Part shown: positions 1-9,618 of the stretch, in pieces
How positions within the stretch are numbered: position 1 is the first letter of the stretch
Layout: the number at the start of each line of letters is the position of its first letter
Assembly: GCF_000010625.1 (NCBI RefSeq)
Contig: NC_010296.1
Span: forward strand, 4,140,001-4,172,000
From: Microcystis aeruginosa NIES-843
GTDB taxonomy: Bacteria > Cyanobacteriota > Cyanobacteriia > Cyanobacteriales > Microcystaceae
Direction of reading: 5' to 3'
DNA length: 32,000 nucleotides
Translations under genes and position numbers: made by a program
Notes under the pieces: model-generated
Told to the model about the DNA's origin: nothing
The model's input: the letters and a program-made list of their open reading frames with translations, nothing else
Databases searched by the model: none

Positions 1-50
1 CTCTTTGAAAATCTCGGTTAGGGGTTTTTCAGTCATCAGTTATCAGTTAT

Positions 51-226
51 GGTTCTTCGGTTTGTGCTATGCAATGGACGGGGTTATAAGGGATGAAACC
101 CTTATAGAGAAAGACATTTGGCGATTTTTGTCAATTGTTTTCGCTCTAGAAGAAACTAATCAATGGAACTCTTGCCAGATAAAGATTTAGTCGATTTATG
201 CCACCCTATCGAACCATAGCAAGTTC
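51..226 (+). mobile_element. MITE-like ~180-bp repeat, copy 1 (right end degenerate)
   Basis: About 85% identical by eye to the reverse complement of 9619-9806. It starts with the same GGTTCTTCGG terminus. The 61-aa ORF at 5..190 lies inside it and is probably spurious. Confidence 0.6.
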
Positions 227-327
227 AGTGATCAGTAAACAGTAAACAGTAAACAGTAAACAGTAATCAGTGAACTGAAAACTCACATCTGATAACTGAT
301 AACTGCTAACTGATCACTGATAACTGA
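226..327. repeat. Heptamer (STRR-like) array: CAGTAAA x4-5, core CAGTGAACTGAAAACTCA, then CTGATAA-type x5
   Basis: The 7-nt periodicity can be read directly. The two arms are imperfect reverse complements (CAGTTAT versus CTGATAA type). A second, shorter copy with the same core lies at 26404-26479. Confidence 0.85.
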
Positions 328-449
328 CAAGGCTATCTGCCGGGATATAATCAGAGTTTGCCGAATCTTAAATCATCCCCTCAGAATTGATGCGATCGAG
401 ATTTGGTTTTTTATCTTTTTGAATATAGCCCAACGAGAGAGGACGAACC

Positions 450-1604
450 ATGGAAAATAAAAATATGTTGATGATTCCCGGCCCCACACCAGTGCCGGAA
501 GCGGTATTATTGGCTATGGCTAAAGCACCGATAGGTCATCGGACGGGTGCTTTTAGCAAGGTAATCGCCGAATTAACCGAAAATCTTAAATGGTTGCATC
601 AAACCAGTGGCGATGTCTTAATGCTAACTGCTTCGGGAACCGGTGCCATGGAAGCGGGAATTATTAATTTTCTCAGCCCCGGCGATCGAGTTTTGGTGGG
701 GGATAATGGTAAATTTGGGGAACGTTGGGCGAAAGTGGCGAAAGCATACGGCTTAAATGTGGATGTCATTAAGGCAGAATGGGGTAAACCCCTAGATCCA
801 GAGGCATTTACCGCTAAACTGACCGAAGACAAGGAAAAAGCCATCAAAGCGGTAATTATCACCCATTCGGAAACTTCCACCGGGGTTCTCAATGACTTGG
901 AAAGCATTAACAAAGCGGTAAAAGACCACGGGGAAGCTTTAATCATCGTCGATGCTGTCACCAGTTTAGGAGCTTATCATATTCCCATCGATGAATGGGG
1001 TTTAGATGTGGTCGGTTCTGGTTCCCAGAAAGGTTATATGATTCCTCCCGGTTTAGGTTTTGTTTCCGTAAGTCAAAAAGCTTGGAAAGCCTACGAAACC
1101 GCCAAACTGCCCCGTTTTTATCTAGATTTGGGCAAATACAAAAAAGCCACCGATGAGGATAGTTCCCCCTTTACCCCTCCAGTTAACCTGATGTACGGTT
1201 TACAAGCTTCTCTGCAAATGATGAGAAGGGAGGGATTAGCGGCAATTTTCGCCCGTCACCAACGCTTAACGAAGATGACGCGGGCCGGTATGCGCGCCCT
1301 GGATTTGCCCCTCTACGCGGCGGATTCTTGGGCTTCCACGGCGATTACTGCGGTGGCCCCCACTCTGGTAGATGCGGAAAAAATTCGTTCGACTCTCAAT
1401 AAAAAGTTCGACATCGCTGTGGCTGGTGGTCAGGATCACCTCAAGGGTAAAATCTTCCGTATCGGTCATTTAGGTTTTGCTAGTGAGAGGGATATCCTCA
1501 CGGTTATCGCTGCCATTGAAGCGACTTTAATCGAGCTAGGTGTCGAAGGTGTCACCCCCGGCGCCGGTGTGGCTGCGGCGGCCTCGGTGATGGTGCAGGG
1601 TTAA
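450..1604 (+). CDS. Class-V pyridoxal-phosphate aminotransferase (serine-pyruvate/alanine-glyoxylate aminotransferase type; often annotated as soluble hydrogenase small subunit in cyanobacteria)
   Basis: 384-aa ORF. The N-terminal LMIPGPTPVP, the SGTGAMEA motif and the SQKG lysine region (GSGSQKGYMIPPGLG) are typical of this family. Confidence 0.85.
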   Translation: MENKNMLMIPGPTPVPEAVLLAMAKAPIGHRTGAFSKVIAELTENLKWLHQTSGDVLMLTASGTGAMEAGIINFLSPGDRVLVGDNGKFGERWAKVAKAYGLNVDVIKAEWGKPLDPEAFTAKLTEDKEKAIKAVIITHSETSTGVLNDLESINKAVKDHGEALIIVDAVTSLGAYHIPIDEWGLDVVGSGSQKGYMIPPGLGFVSVSQKAWKAYETAKLPRFYLDLGKYKKATDEDSSPFTPPVNLMYGLQASLQMMRREGLAAIFARHQRLTKMTRAGMRALDLPLYAADSWASTAITAVAPTLVDAEKIRSTLNKKFDIAVAGGQDHLKGKIFRIGHLGFASERDILTVIAAIEATLIELGVEGVTPGAGVAAAASVMVQG

Positions 1605-1743
1605 TCTTGGGTTGGCTTTTCCCCTTCTCCCCAAAGAGGGGGATTTTGGCTGGAAGATATAGTTTATACCAAAATAGTATGATTAACTTCCAATCCAACT
1701 TTAAAAACCCGGTTATGGATTGTTTCCCCCGCTCGGCACTCCC

Positions 1744-2679
1744 TCACTCTCCTATATCTTTTAAACAGGATTTAGTCTGACTTGATTGCGGGCCGATTTG
1801 GGGCAAATGCAAAGCCGGATCCTGCGCTGTCCAACCGACGGGAGTATCTAAGCGCACCTCAAAATGAAGATGGGGGGGAATAATATCCGGTTGTCCCGTG
1901 GTGCCAACCGCACCGATAACGTCTCCTGCTCGTACCCGTTGGTCAATTCTGACTGTAACCCTGCTTAAATGGGCATAACGGGTCTGCCGGCGACCTAAAT
2001 GATTAATTACTACCAAATTACCATAGGCCCCTTCCTGACCCACATAAATCACTAGACCATCCTCGGCGGCTAGAACTGGTGTACCAACATCTGCGAGAAG
2101 ATCAATACCACTATGAAAGAGATTTTTCTGTTCCGTGGGGCTTTTTTGCCAACCGTAGGCTAATCCGACAGTGCTGGCAAAGGGTAAGGGATAAGAACTT
2201 AATCCAGTATAGTCCGAGCGCTTGCCGGCGGCGGACCAATTGGTGCCGGGGATAAAAACTATTGTCGGCCGGCGACCACAACCGTTAAGCTCAAAGAGTA
2301 TATCGGCACGAATACCATAGGCCGCTTCTAAATCGCGCCAAGTGGAACCCCGGGGTGCTTCGATGCGAATGCCGTTCATCGGGGGAATGAAGATTTCTTT
2401 CCCCACGGGGGCCAGACCATTTTTGAGAATAGTCGGATTGAGTTTAATTATCGTTGCGGGGATAAGAGCGTATTTTTCGGCGATGGAGGCGATCGTTTCT
2501 CCCGCTTGGATTTGATGACGTTGTAACCTTGATAAAATCGGCAGGGGACAAACATTATCAGACCCTTGGGCAAAAATTAATTTTTGATTTAAGCCCAAAA
2601 AACCTAGACAAAAAAACAAAATTGTGCTAGTCAAACTGAGCCAAATTTTCTCACGTTTGATTCTCCGACCCATGACCAT
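1744..2679 (-). CDS. LysM domain / M23 family metallopeptidase (peptidoglycan endopeptidase-like)
   Basis: N-terminal hydrophobic anchor. LysM-like segment (HQIQAGETIASIAEKYALIPATIIKLNP). M23 motifs HSGIDL and PHLHFEV. Confidence 0.85.
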   Translation of the reverse strand: MVMGRRIKREKIWLSLTSTILFFCLGFLGLNQKLIFAQGSDNVCPLPILSRLQRHQIQAGETIASIAEKYALIPATIIKLNPTILKNGLAPVGKEIFIPPMNGIRIEAPRGSTWRDLEAAYGIRADILFELNGCGRRPTIVFIPGTNWSAAGKRSDYTGLSSYPLPFASTVGLAYGWQKSPTEQKNLFHSGIDLLADVGTPVLAAEDGLVIYVGQEGAYGNLVVINHLGRRQTRYAHLSRVTVRIDQRVRAGDVIGAVGTTGQPDIIPPHLHFEVRLDTPVGWTAQDPALHLPQIGPQSSQTKSCLKDIGE

Positions 2680-2699
2680 AAAAAAAGCGATCTCTATAA

Positions 2700-4043
2700 T
2701 TACAAAACCCGGAGAATACTAGGAATACTGTCAATAGCTTCTAAAGACTCTATTGCTGCCAAAGCGTTGCGGAAATTGCCCTCGCGCACATCGTGGGTGA
2801 CAACGACAATTTCGGCTAAATCACCCCTAATACCAATTTGTACCACGGATTCTAGGCTAACCCCATGGTCGCCGAAAGCCATACCTAAATGACCGATTAC
2901 CCCCGGCACATCGCGACAGAGAAAACGAGCATAAAAACGGGTCGACAAATCCTCCATGGGGGCGATTTGACAATAATGCTGGTGAATACAGCTTAAAAGC
3001 GGGTCAAGTTCCTTGGTTTTGCCACTACTTTTTAAAATTCCGACGATATTCATCACATCCGATACTACCGCGCTGGCCGTCGGTCCGCTACCGGCACCGG
3101 GTCCATAAAACATCACTTGGCCCAAGGGTTCCCCCTCGACGAGAATAGCGTTATAGACTCCGTTAGCATTAGCGAGGGGATGGGTTTTCGGTACTAGGGT
3201 CGGATGAACCCGCAACTCTAGGGTATCGGAATCCTCCTTAACCGTATCTTTTGCGATCGCTAATAATTTAATCACAAATCCCAGTCTATCAGCGTAGGCG
3301 ATATCGACGGCGCTAACTTGTCGGATACCTTCACAGTAAACATCTTCCCGTTTTACCCGACCTCCAAAACCCAAAGAAGCTAAAATGGCAATTTTATCGG
3401 CCGCATCGAATCCATCCACGTCCGCAGTGGGGTCCGCTTCTGCATAGCCTAATTCCTGAGCTTTGGCCAGAACTTCACTAAAATCTGCCCCTTTTTGGCT
3501 CATTTCCGTGAGAATATAGTTAGTTGTGCCGTTGACAATTCCCATGATGCTGCTGATGCGATTAGCGCCGAGGGATTGTTTTAAGGGTTTAATGACGGGA
3601 ATTCCACCACCCACGGCCGCTTCTAGAAGGACATAAACCCCCTTTTCGTTAGCTTTGGCGTAGATTTCATCGCCAAAACGGGCAATAACCGCTTTATTTG
3701 CCGTAACAACGTGCTTTCCCGATGCGATTGCCTTGAGAATTAAAGAGCGTGCTGGTTCCAAACCCCCCAATAATTCGACAATAATATCAATTTCGGGGTC
3801 AGTAACGATCGATTCTAGGTCAGTGGTCAACAGCTGGGGAGAAAGCTCGATTTCTCTCGGTTTATCTAGGGATCTAACTCCCACTCGTCCAATGGTAATC
3901 TCTTTGAGTACGGGATGACGACCAAAAGGATCGAGGAGGATTTTCGCTGTTCCCGTCCCCACAACCCCGAAACCGAGTAAACCAATCTTAAAGGTCACGC
4001 TTTTATCTCCTGCTAGTCCGACGCAAAAAATACTAATGGCCAA
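2700..4043 (-). CDS. hom: Homoserine dehydrogenase
   Basis: Rossmann motif KIGLLGFGVVGTG, central catalytic domain, and a C-terminal ACT-like region. The true start may be the in-frame GTG at 3998 (432 aa) rather than 4043. Confidence 0.9.
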   Translation of the reverse strand: MAISIFCVGLAGDKSVTFKIGLLGFGVVGTGTAKILLDPFGRHPVLKEITIGRVGVRSLDKPREIELSPQLLTTDLESIVTDPEIDIIVELLGGLEPARSLILKAIASGKHVVTANKAVIARFGDEIYAKANEKGVYVLLEAAVGGGIPVIKPLKQSLGANRISSIMGIVNGTTNYILTEMSQKGADFSEVLAKAQELGYAEADPTADVDGFDAADKIAILASLGFGGRVKREDVYCEGIRQVSAVDIAYADRLGFVIKLLAIAKDTVKEDSDTLELRVHPTLVPKTHPLANANGVYNAILVEGEPLGQVMFYGPGAGSGPTASAVVSDVMNIVGILKSSGKTKELDPLLSCIHQHYCQIAPMEDLSTRFYARFLCRDVPGVIGHLGMAFGDHGVSLESVVQIGIRGDLAEIVVVTHDVREGNFRNALAAIESLEAIDSIPSILRVL

Positions 4044-4381
4044 GCTGTCGCCATTGTCGATTTTATCATTACAAGGTCTTTGTCTGTGGGGTTTTCTTTT
4101 GCTTCTGTTCAGGAACTGATGATGATCAATGTGCAGTATTTTTGTATTAAAATCAAGCCAATCTCGATCGCATTTAAACGCTTATCCTGTAATTGTTATT
4201 GATTTTATTGACCGATATAGATATTCGGCAATGTGAGTAACATTTTTGATCATAACTCTAATTTATGATGACAATAATTCTCTATATAGTTGATATTTTT
4301 GAACAAATCAATCGACTCTCTCTGAGCAAAGAGCTATGTTAGCATGATTAGTTAGGGTAATTTGACTCAACTCACGAGCAA

Positions 4382-5563
4382 CTAAGTTATCCAGCCCCAA
4401 TTACCATACCAAAGAAATAGAATTGATAAAAAATAGGTAAAGAAGAATAACAGAAACCCATAAAAATAACGATTTTTTTGGCTCCAATATCCAAGGATAA
4501 TAAATATTGGAAATATTGTCATCATATACCTCATCATTGATTGTGTTGTTCCTGTATTTAAAGGTAAAAAAATGCTCAGGAAGGCAAAAATTAACAGGGA
4601 AATATTTAGAGGCTTTTTAACGATAGAGAATAGCAAGATACCTAAAAAAAAGGAGCTGAAAAAAGTATTTAAGAATCCCACTGCATTATTGGCATCTTTG
4701 GGAAACATAAAATTGATATTCTTCCAGTAGTTGATTAGAGTAATTAAAGGAAATACTCTCTCATTTCTACCCCACAGATCCTGAATTTTAACAAATGCCA
4801 AAGGTTCGTTGAATTTCCAAGCTAAAAATACCATATAAGCGATTAACCCACAGGGTATTAATAGGAGGAAAAGACTTTCTCTCTTGGGCGGTTCTTTTTT
4901 CTTTAAATATTTCCAGAGTAATTCGATAGCAAAAGCCAGAAAAATTATTACTCCTGTGACTCTAGTTAAACTGGCAAAAAATCCAAAAAATCCAGACCAA
5001 AAGTATTTCTTATTCAGAAAGAAATAAAAACAAGCAGCGGTGGTTAGCAAATATAAACTTTCTGTATAAAAACAGCTATAAAAAAAGGAAGTAGGAAAAA
5101 CCAACATAAGAATTAAAACTTTTTCACAGCCTCTTTTATTCAGATAAATATTACTGATTTTATAAACAAAAAATAAGGCAAGTATTAGACATAAATTAGA
5201 AAGCAAAAGACCAGAAATAGGCACACTTAAGGAAGTTAAAGATGCAATTGCTTTGACTAAAATAGGATAGAGAGGAAAAAAAGCAACGTTCGATTGTTTT
5301 TCGGGATTGTATGAATATCCTGTTTGAATAATGTCGTTATACCAAGAACTATCAAAACGAAAGAAAGAATCCAAATAATGATTATCGGGAAACCAATGCC
5401 AAAAAGATTCTTGAGGAGATGAAGATTCATTCATCTGACTAAAACTGAGTCCGATTAGGTGCATCAGTAAAAGTGTTCCTCTCCAAATGATGAAGATTTT
5501 TAATATATACAAGAAAAGCTTTCTTGATTGACTAAAGTTGCTAGTTTCGGCCTTTAATTCCAT
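4382..5563 (-). CDS. Polytopic membrane protein, GT-C type glycosyl/mannosyltransferase-like (PIG-V/PMT_2-like)
   Basis: 393 aa with about 10 hydrophobic segments. The loop SSWYNDIIQTGYSY...NVAFFPLYP resembles PIG-V-like mannosyltransferases. The gene is very AT-rich compared with its neighbours. Confidence 0.5.
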   Translation of the reverse strand: MELKAETSNFSQSRKLFLYILKIFIIWRGTLLLMHLIGLSFSQMNESSSPQESFWHWFPDNHYLDSFFRFDSSWYNDIIQTGYSYNPEKQSNVAFFPLYPILVKAIASLTSLSVPISGLLLSNLCLILALFFVYKISNIYLNKRGCEKVLILMLVFPTSFFYSCFYTESLYLLTTAACFYFFLNKKYFWSGFFGFFASLTRVTGVIIFLAFAIELLWKYLKKKEPPKRESLFLLLIPCGLIAYMVFLAWKFNEPLAFVKIQDLWGRNERVFPLITLINYWKNINFMFPKDANNAVGFLNTFFSSFFLGILLFSIVKKPLNISLLIFAFLSIFLPLNTGTTQSMMRYMMTIFPIFIILGYWSQKNRYFYGFLLFFFTYFLSILFLWYGNWGWIT

Positions 5564-5897
5564 CTTATTGATTTCTCCTAAAAAAATTTTATGGTTGAGT
5601 TTGAATTAGGAAATAAACAAATATGCCCAGTTTTAAGTCCGGGGTTTTCCCGAACCTTACCATAGGGAAACAAAAGTAAATTATCTTAGTAAATAGTTGA
5701 GTCTGATTGCTCCTAACTGTATCTTTCTGTGAACTGGATTCTAAGATTGAAGGGGGAACAATATTGTTCCCTAGATTTTTGTTGATGCTATTTTTACCGA
5801 GTACGGCGGTTCCTCTATCCATCTGGCACAGACAACTCCTTATTGGATAAGCCTTTCCACTTAGAAGATGTACCAGACTGAGCCTGAATCCGCCGTA

Positions 5898-5948
5898 TTT
5901 CCAGAGTAATTCGATAGCAAAAGCCCGAAAAATTATTACTCCTGTGAC
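5898..5948. repeat. 51-bp direct duplicate of an internal segment (4909-4960) of the membrane-protein gene
   Basis: ATTTCCAGAGTAATTCGATAGCAAAAGCC[A/C]GAAAAATTATTACTCCTGTGAC is present at both sites with one mismatch. Confidence 0.85.
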
Positions 5949-6022
5949 AAGGTTGAAAGGTGCCTTACATTTGATTAACGCACCTACAAAAGTAGGCGAT
6001 TACTGCGCCTCATCTCGTTGAC

Positions 6023-7042
6023 TTATTTTTTCAGGCATTCAATAATAAAAATATCTTCTTTAGTCGGAATAATTCGATTTAATTTTAAACCCGCTTGACT
6101 TAACAATTCCTCAAATTCTTTTGCGGTTCTTTCTTTACATCCCGGACACATAACTAACATATTCATGTCTAACATTTTAGCAGACGAAGGCTTATTACCC
6201 GAAGGAACAACCATTTCCATTACTAAGACTTTACCGTTGCTATCTAAGCCTTCACAACAATTTTTCAAAATGGCAATTGCCCGTCGATCATCCCAATCGT
6301 GAATAATATGTTTTAATAAATAGCCATCTCCTCCTGGCGGTACGGATTCAAAAAAATTACCTCCAAAGGTTTGACAACGAGCGAGAATGCCGTGTTTTTC
6401 TAAAGTGGGTTGACAATGATAAATTACATAGTCTTCATCAAAAAGAATCCCTTTTAGGTGGGGATATTGCTCTAAGATTGTCCCCAACATCTCACCGTAT
6501 CCCCCACCTACATCTACTAGGGTTTGAAATTCAGAGAAATTATACACAGCTAAAATAGCCTTCTCCTCCGAAAAAGAAAAACTATTCATCGACTGTTCAA
6601 AAATCTCTGCATCCAGCGGATGAGTTTGAAAATATTCAAAGACCCCCATCCCAAAGACATCATCAAAGGATAGTTGTCCCGTTTTAATACTATGTAACAC
6701 ATTTCCCCATGCTTGATAATGGGGGGCCTCTCCTAACATAATCGCTGTCGCTTTTACTGACCGGGGATGGTCACTAGATAAATGTTCGGCTAAGGGAGTG
6801 AGTATAAACTGTTGAGATTCAGTTTCTTGAAAAATTCCCACACTAGCTAATGCTCTCATCAGTCGGTATAAAGCAGCAGGATTGGTCTCAGTTAGGGAGG
6901 CTAACTCTTGACAAGATTTCGCTCCCTTGCTTAAATGCTCGGCTAGACTCAATTTAGCCGCAGCATAGATAGCTTGAGATAGCCAGTAACCCGAAATCAT
7001 TTGGGTTAATTGAAGATGAAGAGGGAGTTCAGGTAAGGACAT
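6023..7042 (-). CDS. Class I SAM-dependent O-methyltransferase (family 2, with N-terminal dimerisation domain)
   Basis: SAM motif LVDVGGGYG, then GGNFF and HIIHDWDD motifs. I place the start at the ATG at 7042 (MSLPELPL...) rather than the upstream ORF extension to 7150. Confidence 0.8.
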   Translation of the reverse strand: MSLPELPLHLQLTQMISGYWLSQAIYAAAKLSLAEHLSKGAKSCQELASLTETNPAALYRLMRALASVGIFQETESQQFILTPLAEHLSSDHPRSVKATAIMLGEAPHYQAWGNVLHSIKTGQLSFDDVFGMGVFEYFQTHPLDAEIFEQSMNSFSFSEEKAILAVYNFSEFQTLVDVGGGYGEMLGTILEQYPHLKGILFDEDYVIYHCQPTLEKHGILARCQTFGGNFFESVPPGGDGYLLKHIIHDWDDRRAIAILKNCCEGLDSNGKVLVMEMVVPSGNKPSSAKMLDMNMLVMCPGCKERTAKEFEELLSQAGLKLNRIIPTKEDIFIIECLKK

Positions 7043-7173
7043 AATCAACTTTTGTGGCAATAAAATTAAACAGTACCATATAGGATAAGCTGCCCGCGCA
7101 TTTAAATTGCTGGTTGAGATGAGGCAAGAGTCAAGACCCCCCAACCCCAAGGCTGTTCCATGTTTCCTTCTAT

Positions 7174-7872
7174 TTATTGAATTTTAACATTTAATTTATA
7201 GGTGGCATTGCCACGAGTTCCCCCTACAATTATTTCATAATTTCCAGTAGCCGGTAATTTTAAACTAGATTGGGTAGCTTCTGTTTTCAAAATTTGCCCA
7301 TTCGGTGCAATCACATCGAATACGGCATTATTTTCTAATGCTGTAATTTTCAGATCCATTCTCTGTCCTTGATTCGCTCTTAATAAATAAATATTTCGAC
7401 TCCCTCGAACAACCGATTGATTAACTGTAGTGGTATTAGTTCCTGGTGCAAACCGAATTTGAGACACTAAACAAGGTTGTTTTTGATAAACGACTCGTCC
7501 CGTATTCAAAGAATCTGAAGTTAACGTCCAGGTTTCTTGAGTTGTTTGAGTATCTAACTCAATTTTTGTCTTGATATTTAAGTTTAACTGATTCCCATTT
7601 TTCCTTCCTTGTAAGGTTTGAGTATAGGAACTATAATAAGATTCTTGTTCATTATGAATCGTAGCTTCTACCCGACCCGTGACTTGATTTCCCTGAATAT
7701 AAATCCTCGCCGTAGAATCCAGATCATCATTAGCGACTGAAAAACAATAACCTTGAATCGAATAAGCGCTAGACGCTTGAGCAACTTGTCGGGGTGGATG
7801 ATTTGCCATCCCAGGTGTAACATTCAGTAAACTTGCCAAAATGACTACAGATCTTAATAATTTCATCATCAT
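7174..7872 (-). CDS. Secreted hypothetical protein (signal peptide, beta-rich)
   Basis: N-terminal MMMKLLRSVVILASLLNVTPGMA resembles a Sec signal peptide. I recognise no family. Confidence 0.55.
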   Translation of the reverse strand: MMMKLLRSVVILASLLNVTPGMANHPPRQVAQASSAYSIQGYCFSVANDDLDSTARIYIQGNQVTGRVEATIHNEQESYYSSYTQTLQGRKNGNQLNLNIKTKIELDTQTTQETWTLTSDSLNTGRVVYQKQPCLVSQIRFAPGTNTTTVNQSVVRGSRNIYLLRANQGQRMDLKITALENNAVFDVIAPNGQILKTEATQSSLKLPATGNYEIIVGGTRGNATYKLNVKIQ

Positions 7873-7949
7873 AACTGACTCATGGTTAAAGCTTGATTGA
7901 TCACTGATTCTAAATCCAGTGATTAAAGACTGATTATCTATTCCTCCTT

Positions 7950-7984
7950 TTGCCTCTTGCCTCTTGCCTCTTGCCTCTTGCCTA
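7950..7984. repeat. Tandem heptamer TTGCCTC x4 plus one imperfect unit
   Basis: Read directly from the sequence. It lies 78 nt upstream of the start codon of the 7174..7872 gene. Confidence 0.9.
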
Positions 7985-8267
7985 TCCTGATATCTAGCCT
8001 ATACTCAACGGATTTAGTATGATTACTGGTAGTTTCCATTCAATTAATTTCTAAGCGCGAGTAGAGAGCTACCAGACGGTTCACTCCGTCCGTTGTCAGG
8101 CATTCCGCTCAAATTTTTTTTGCCCTTCCATTTTCCACCCCAATTCATTTGCCCGTCTCGTCCCTTGTTACCGCGTTGCCAGCATCCGATCGTGAGCCAC
8201 GCAACGTTTGGGTTGCCGGTAAAATGGCGAGGTTGGCAATGCCTGTCCTTGTGTCGCTTGTGTCGTC

Positions 8268-8981
8268 TCACGCAGGATTGGGTTTGCGAGGATAGAGCTG
8301 CTCGGCGCGGTTGAACAAGATCCAGCTGGTCAGAATGTACTTGTCGTGCGACTCGGGCACATTGCCGCGATGGGTGTGGGTAAAACCGGCGGGAGCGATC
8401 ACCATCGTCCCAGAGGTCGGCTTGAGCTTCCGTTCTTGGTACAAGAACTCCGTCTCACCACCGCGCTCTACATCGTTCAGATAGAACATAAACAAAAGGA
8501 CGCGATGGAGCGTCTCAGCAGCTGGGTCGCGAGGATAGATTTCCGAATGCCAGTAGTAGTAACCACCGAGACTCTTCGAGTATTTCTGAACGTTGATCGC
8601 TCCCGGTCGAAACACTCTGAACAAATACTCGCCGAGTTCTAGGTCCGATGCCGCCCCAACATCCGAAGCTGTTAACGGTCTGACCAGTCCGGTAGCCGGC
8701 TCTTGCAAGCTCAATGCAAACGCACTCGTGATCAGATATGGATACTTGCGAATGTACAACATCAGGTGACGCAGTGTGCTGTCGAGTATCTGACTGTGCA
8801 AATCGCTCCACTCGGAGAGGCCTGTGATGGTGATGTCGGTGCTGTTCTTCTTAGATTTGTCGACTCCATGACCGATCCGTCCATCCGACTTGCGGTTGCT
8901 GGCTTCGAAACGATGCCTGATCTCTTCGCACAATTCTCGACGTAAAGCACGTTCGTAGATCTCGATAAAGTCAGTTGTCAT
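8268..8981 (-). CDS. 2OG-Fe(II) oxygenase superfamily-like protein
   Basis: The candidate facial triad is H-x-E in YYWHSE plus a distal His in FTHTHRG. LNDVERGGETEF resembles the jelly-roll core of P4H/2OG-FeII_Oxy-type proteins. The start is taken at the ATG at 8981 (MTTDFIEIY). The gene sits in a roughly 55-63% GC islet. Confidence 0.55.
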   Translation of the reverse strand: MTTDFIEIYERALRRELCEEIRHRFEASNRKSDGRIGHGVDKSKKNSTDITITGLSEWSDLHSQILDSTLRHLMLYIRKYPYLITSAFALSLQEPATGLVRPLTASDVGAASDLELGEYLFRVFRPGAINVQKYSKSLGGYYYWHSEIYPRDPAAETLHRVLLFMFYLNDVERGGETEFLYQERKLKPTSGTMVIAPAGFTHTHRGNVPESHDKYILTSWILFNRAEQLYPRKPNPA

Positions 8982-9243
8982 TGCAGCTTTCCCACTCCAA
9001 AGCCCCAGATACATTCGCACGCGGTCACGGATTCCATCTAGTTAGTGATTATAACAGGTTTGCGTTGCATCGAGAGCTTTGCCTGTATCCGGAAAAAGGC
9101 AGATGTACGCTGATGCAAAGGTAATAATGCTGACTTTCAACCGAACACTTGGTAAAGAGATATAATTAGGTATGAGAGCAAAAAGATGGAGTTGTGATTG
9201 ATTAAGTCTGGGCAACCGCAATAAAATAAACAGGAGAATTTTT

Positions 9244-9603
9244 ATGACTCGTTTAGTGGAATTTACCTCGGATGAGGGAACGATTTACATCGAGGTGGAT
9301 GAAAAGTTACCCTTACCCAAACCGAAACCAGAAGATGAACTTATTAGTCTAACAGATGAAATAGCTGTTAAAGCCGCTCAGTCTTTTGAAGACGCATTAA
9401 ATGGCATAAAACCGGTGGCAAATGCCATAATTAATAAGGTTAAAAGTTTCAATGAACCTGCTGATCAGGTAGAGGTCAAGTTTGGGATAAAAATGACTGT
9501 TGGTCTAGGGGCTATTATTGCATCTGGCAGCGCCGATGTTAATTATGAAATTACCCTGAAATGGGATAACAAGGAGAAAAATAAGCAATCATCTACTCAA
9601 TGA
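9244..9603 (+). CDS. Small trypsin-co-occurring domain 2 (trypco2)-like protein
   Basis: 119 aa. The N-terminal VEFTSDEGTIYIEVDE and the C-terminal VEVKFGIKMTVGLGAIIASGSADVNYEITLKW match my recollection of trypco2/CU044_2847-type small proteins that sit next to trypsin-like proteases. AGGAG lies 7 nt upstream. Confidence 0.6.
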   Translation: MTRLVEFTSDEGTIYIEVDEKLPLPKPKPEDELISLTDEIAVKAAQSFEDALNGIKPVANAIINKVKSFNEPADQVEVKFGIKMTVGLGAIIASGSADVNYEITLKWDNKEKNKQSSTQ

Positions 9604-9618
9604 GGACTTAAGTAGGTA

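Noticed and set aside
5-190. 61-aa ORF at the window start
   Set aside because: It lies entirely within the MITE-like repeat (51-226). The inverted copy at 9619-9806 does not preserve the frame.
599-1469. Antisense ORFs (599..961 and 1266..1469) inside the aminotransferase gene
   Set aside because: They overlap a strongly supported CDS on the opposite strand and have no motifs. They are typical shadow ORFs.
1621-1648. Possible terminator after the aminotransferase gene (TCCCC-AAAGAG-GGGGA-TTTT)
   Set aside because: The stem is only 5 bp with a short T-run, which is too weak to call with confidence.
5589-5822. 77-aa ORF upstream of the membrane-protein gene
   Set aside because: It has no motif, no convincing ribosome-binding context, and lies in an AT-rich intergenic-looking stretch. 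I left it unannotated.
8044-8950. Cluster of overlapping 60-100-aa ORFs on both strands
   Set aside because: This is an artefact of the high GC content, which makes stop codons rare. Only the 8268..8981 frame carries recognisable oxygenase-like motifs.
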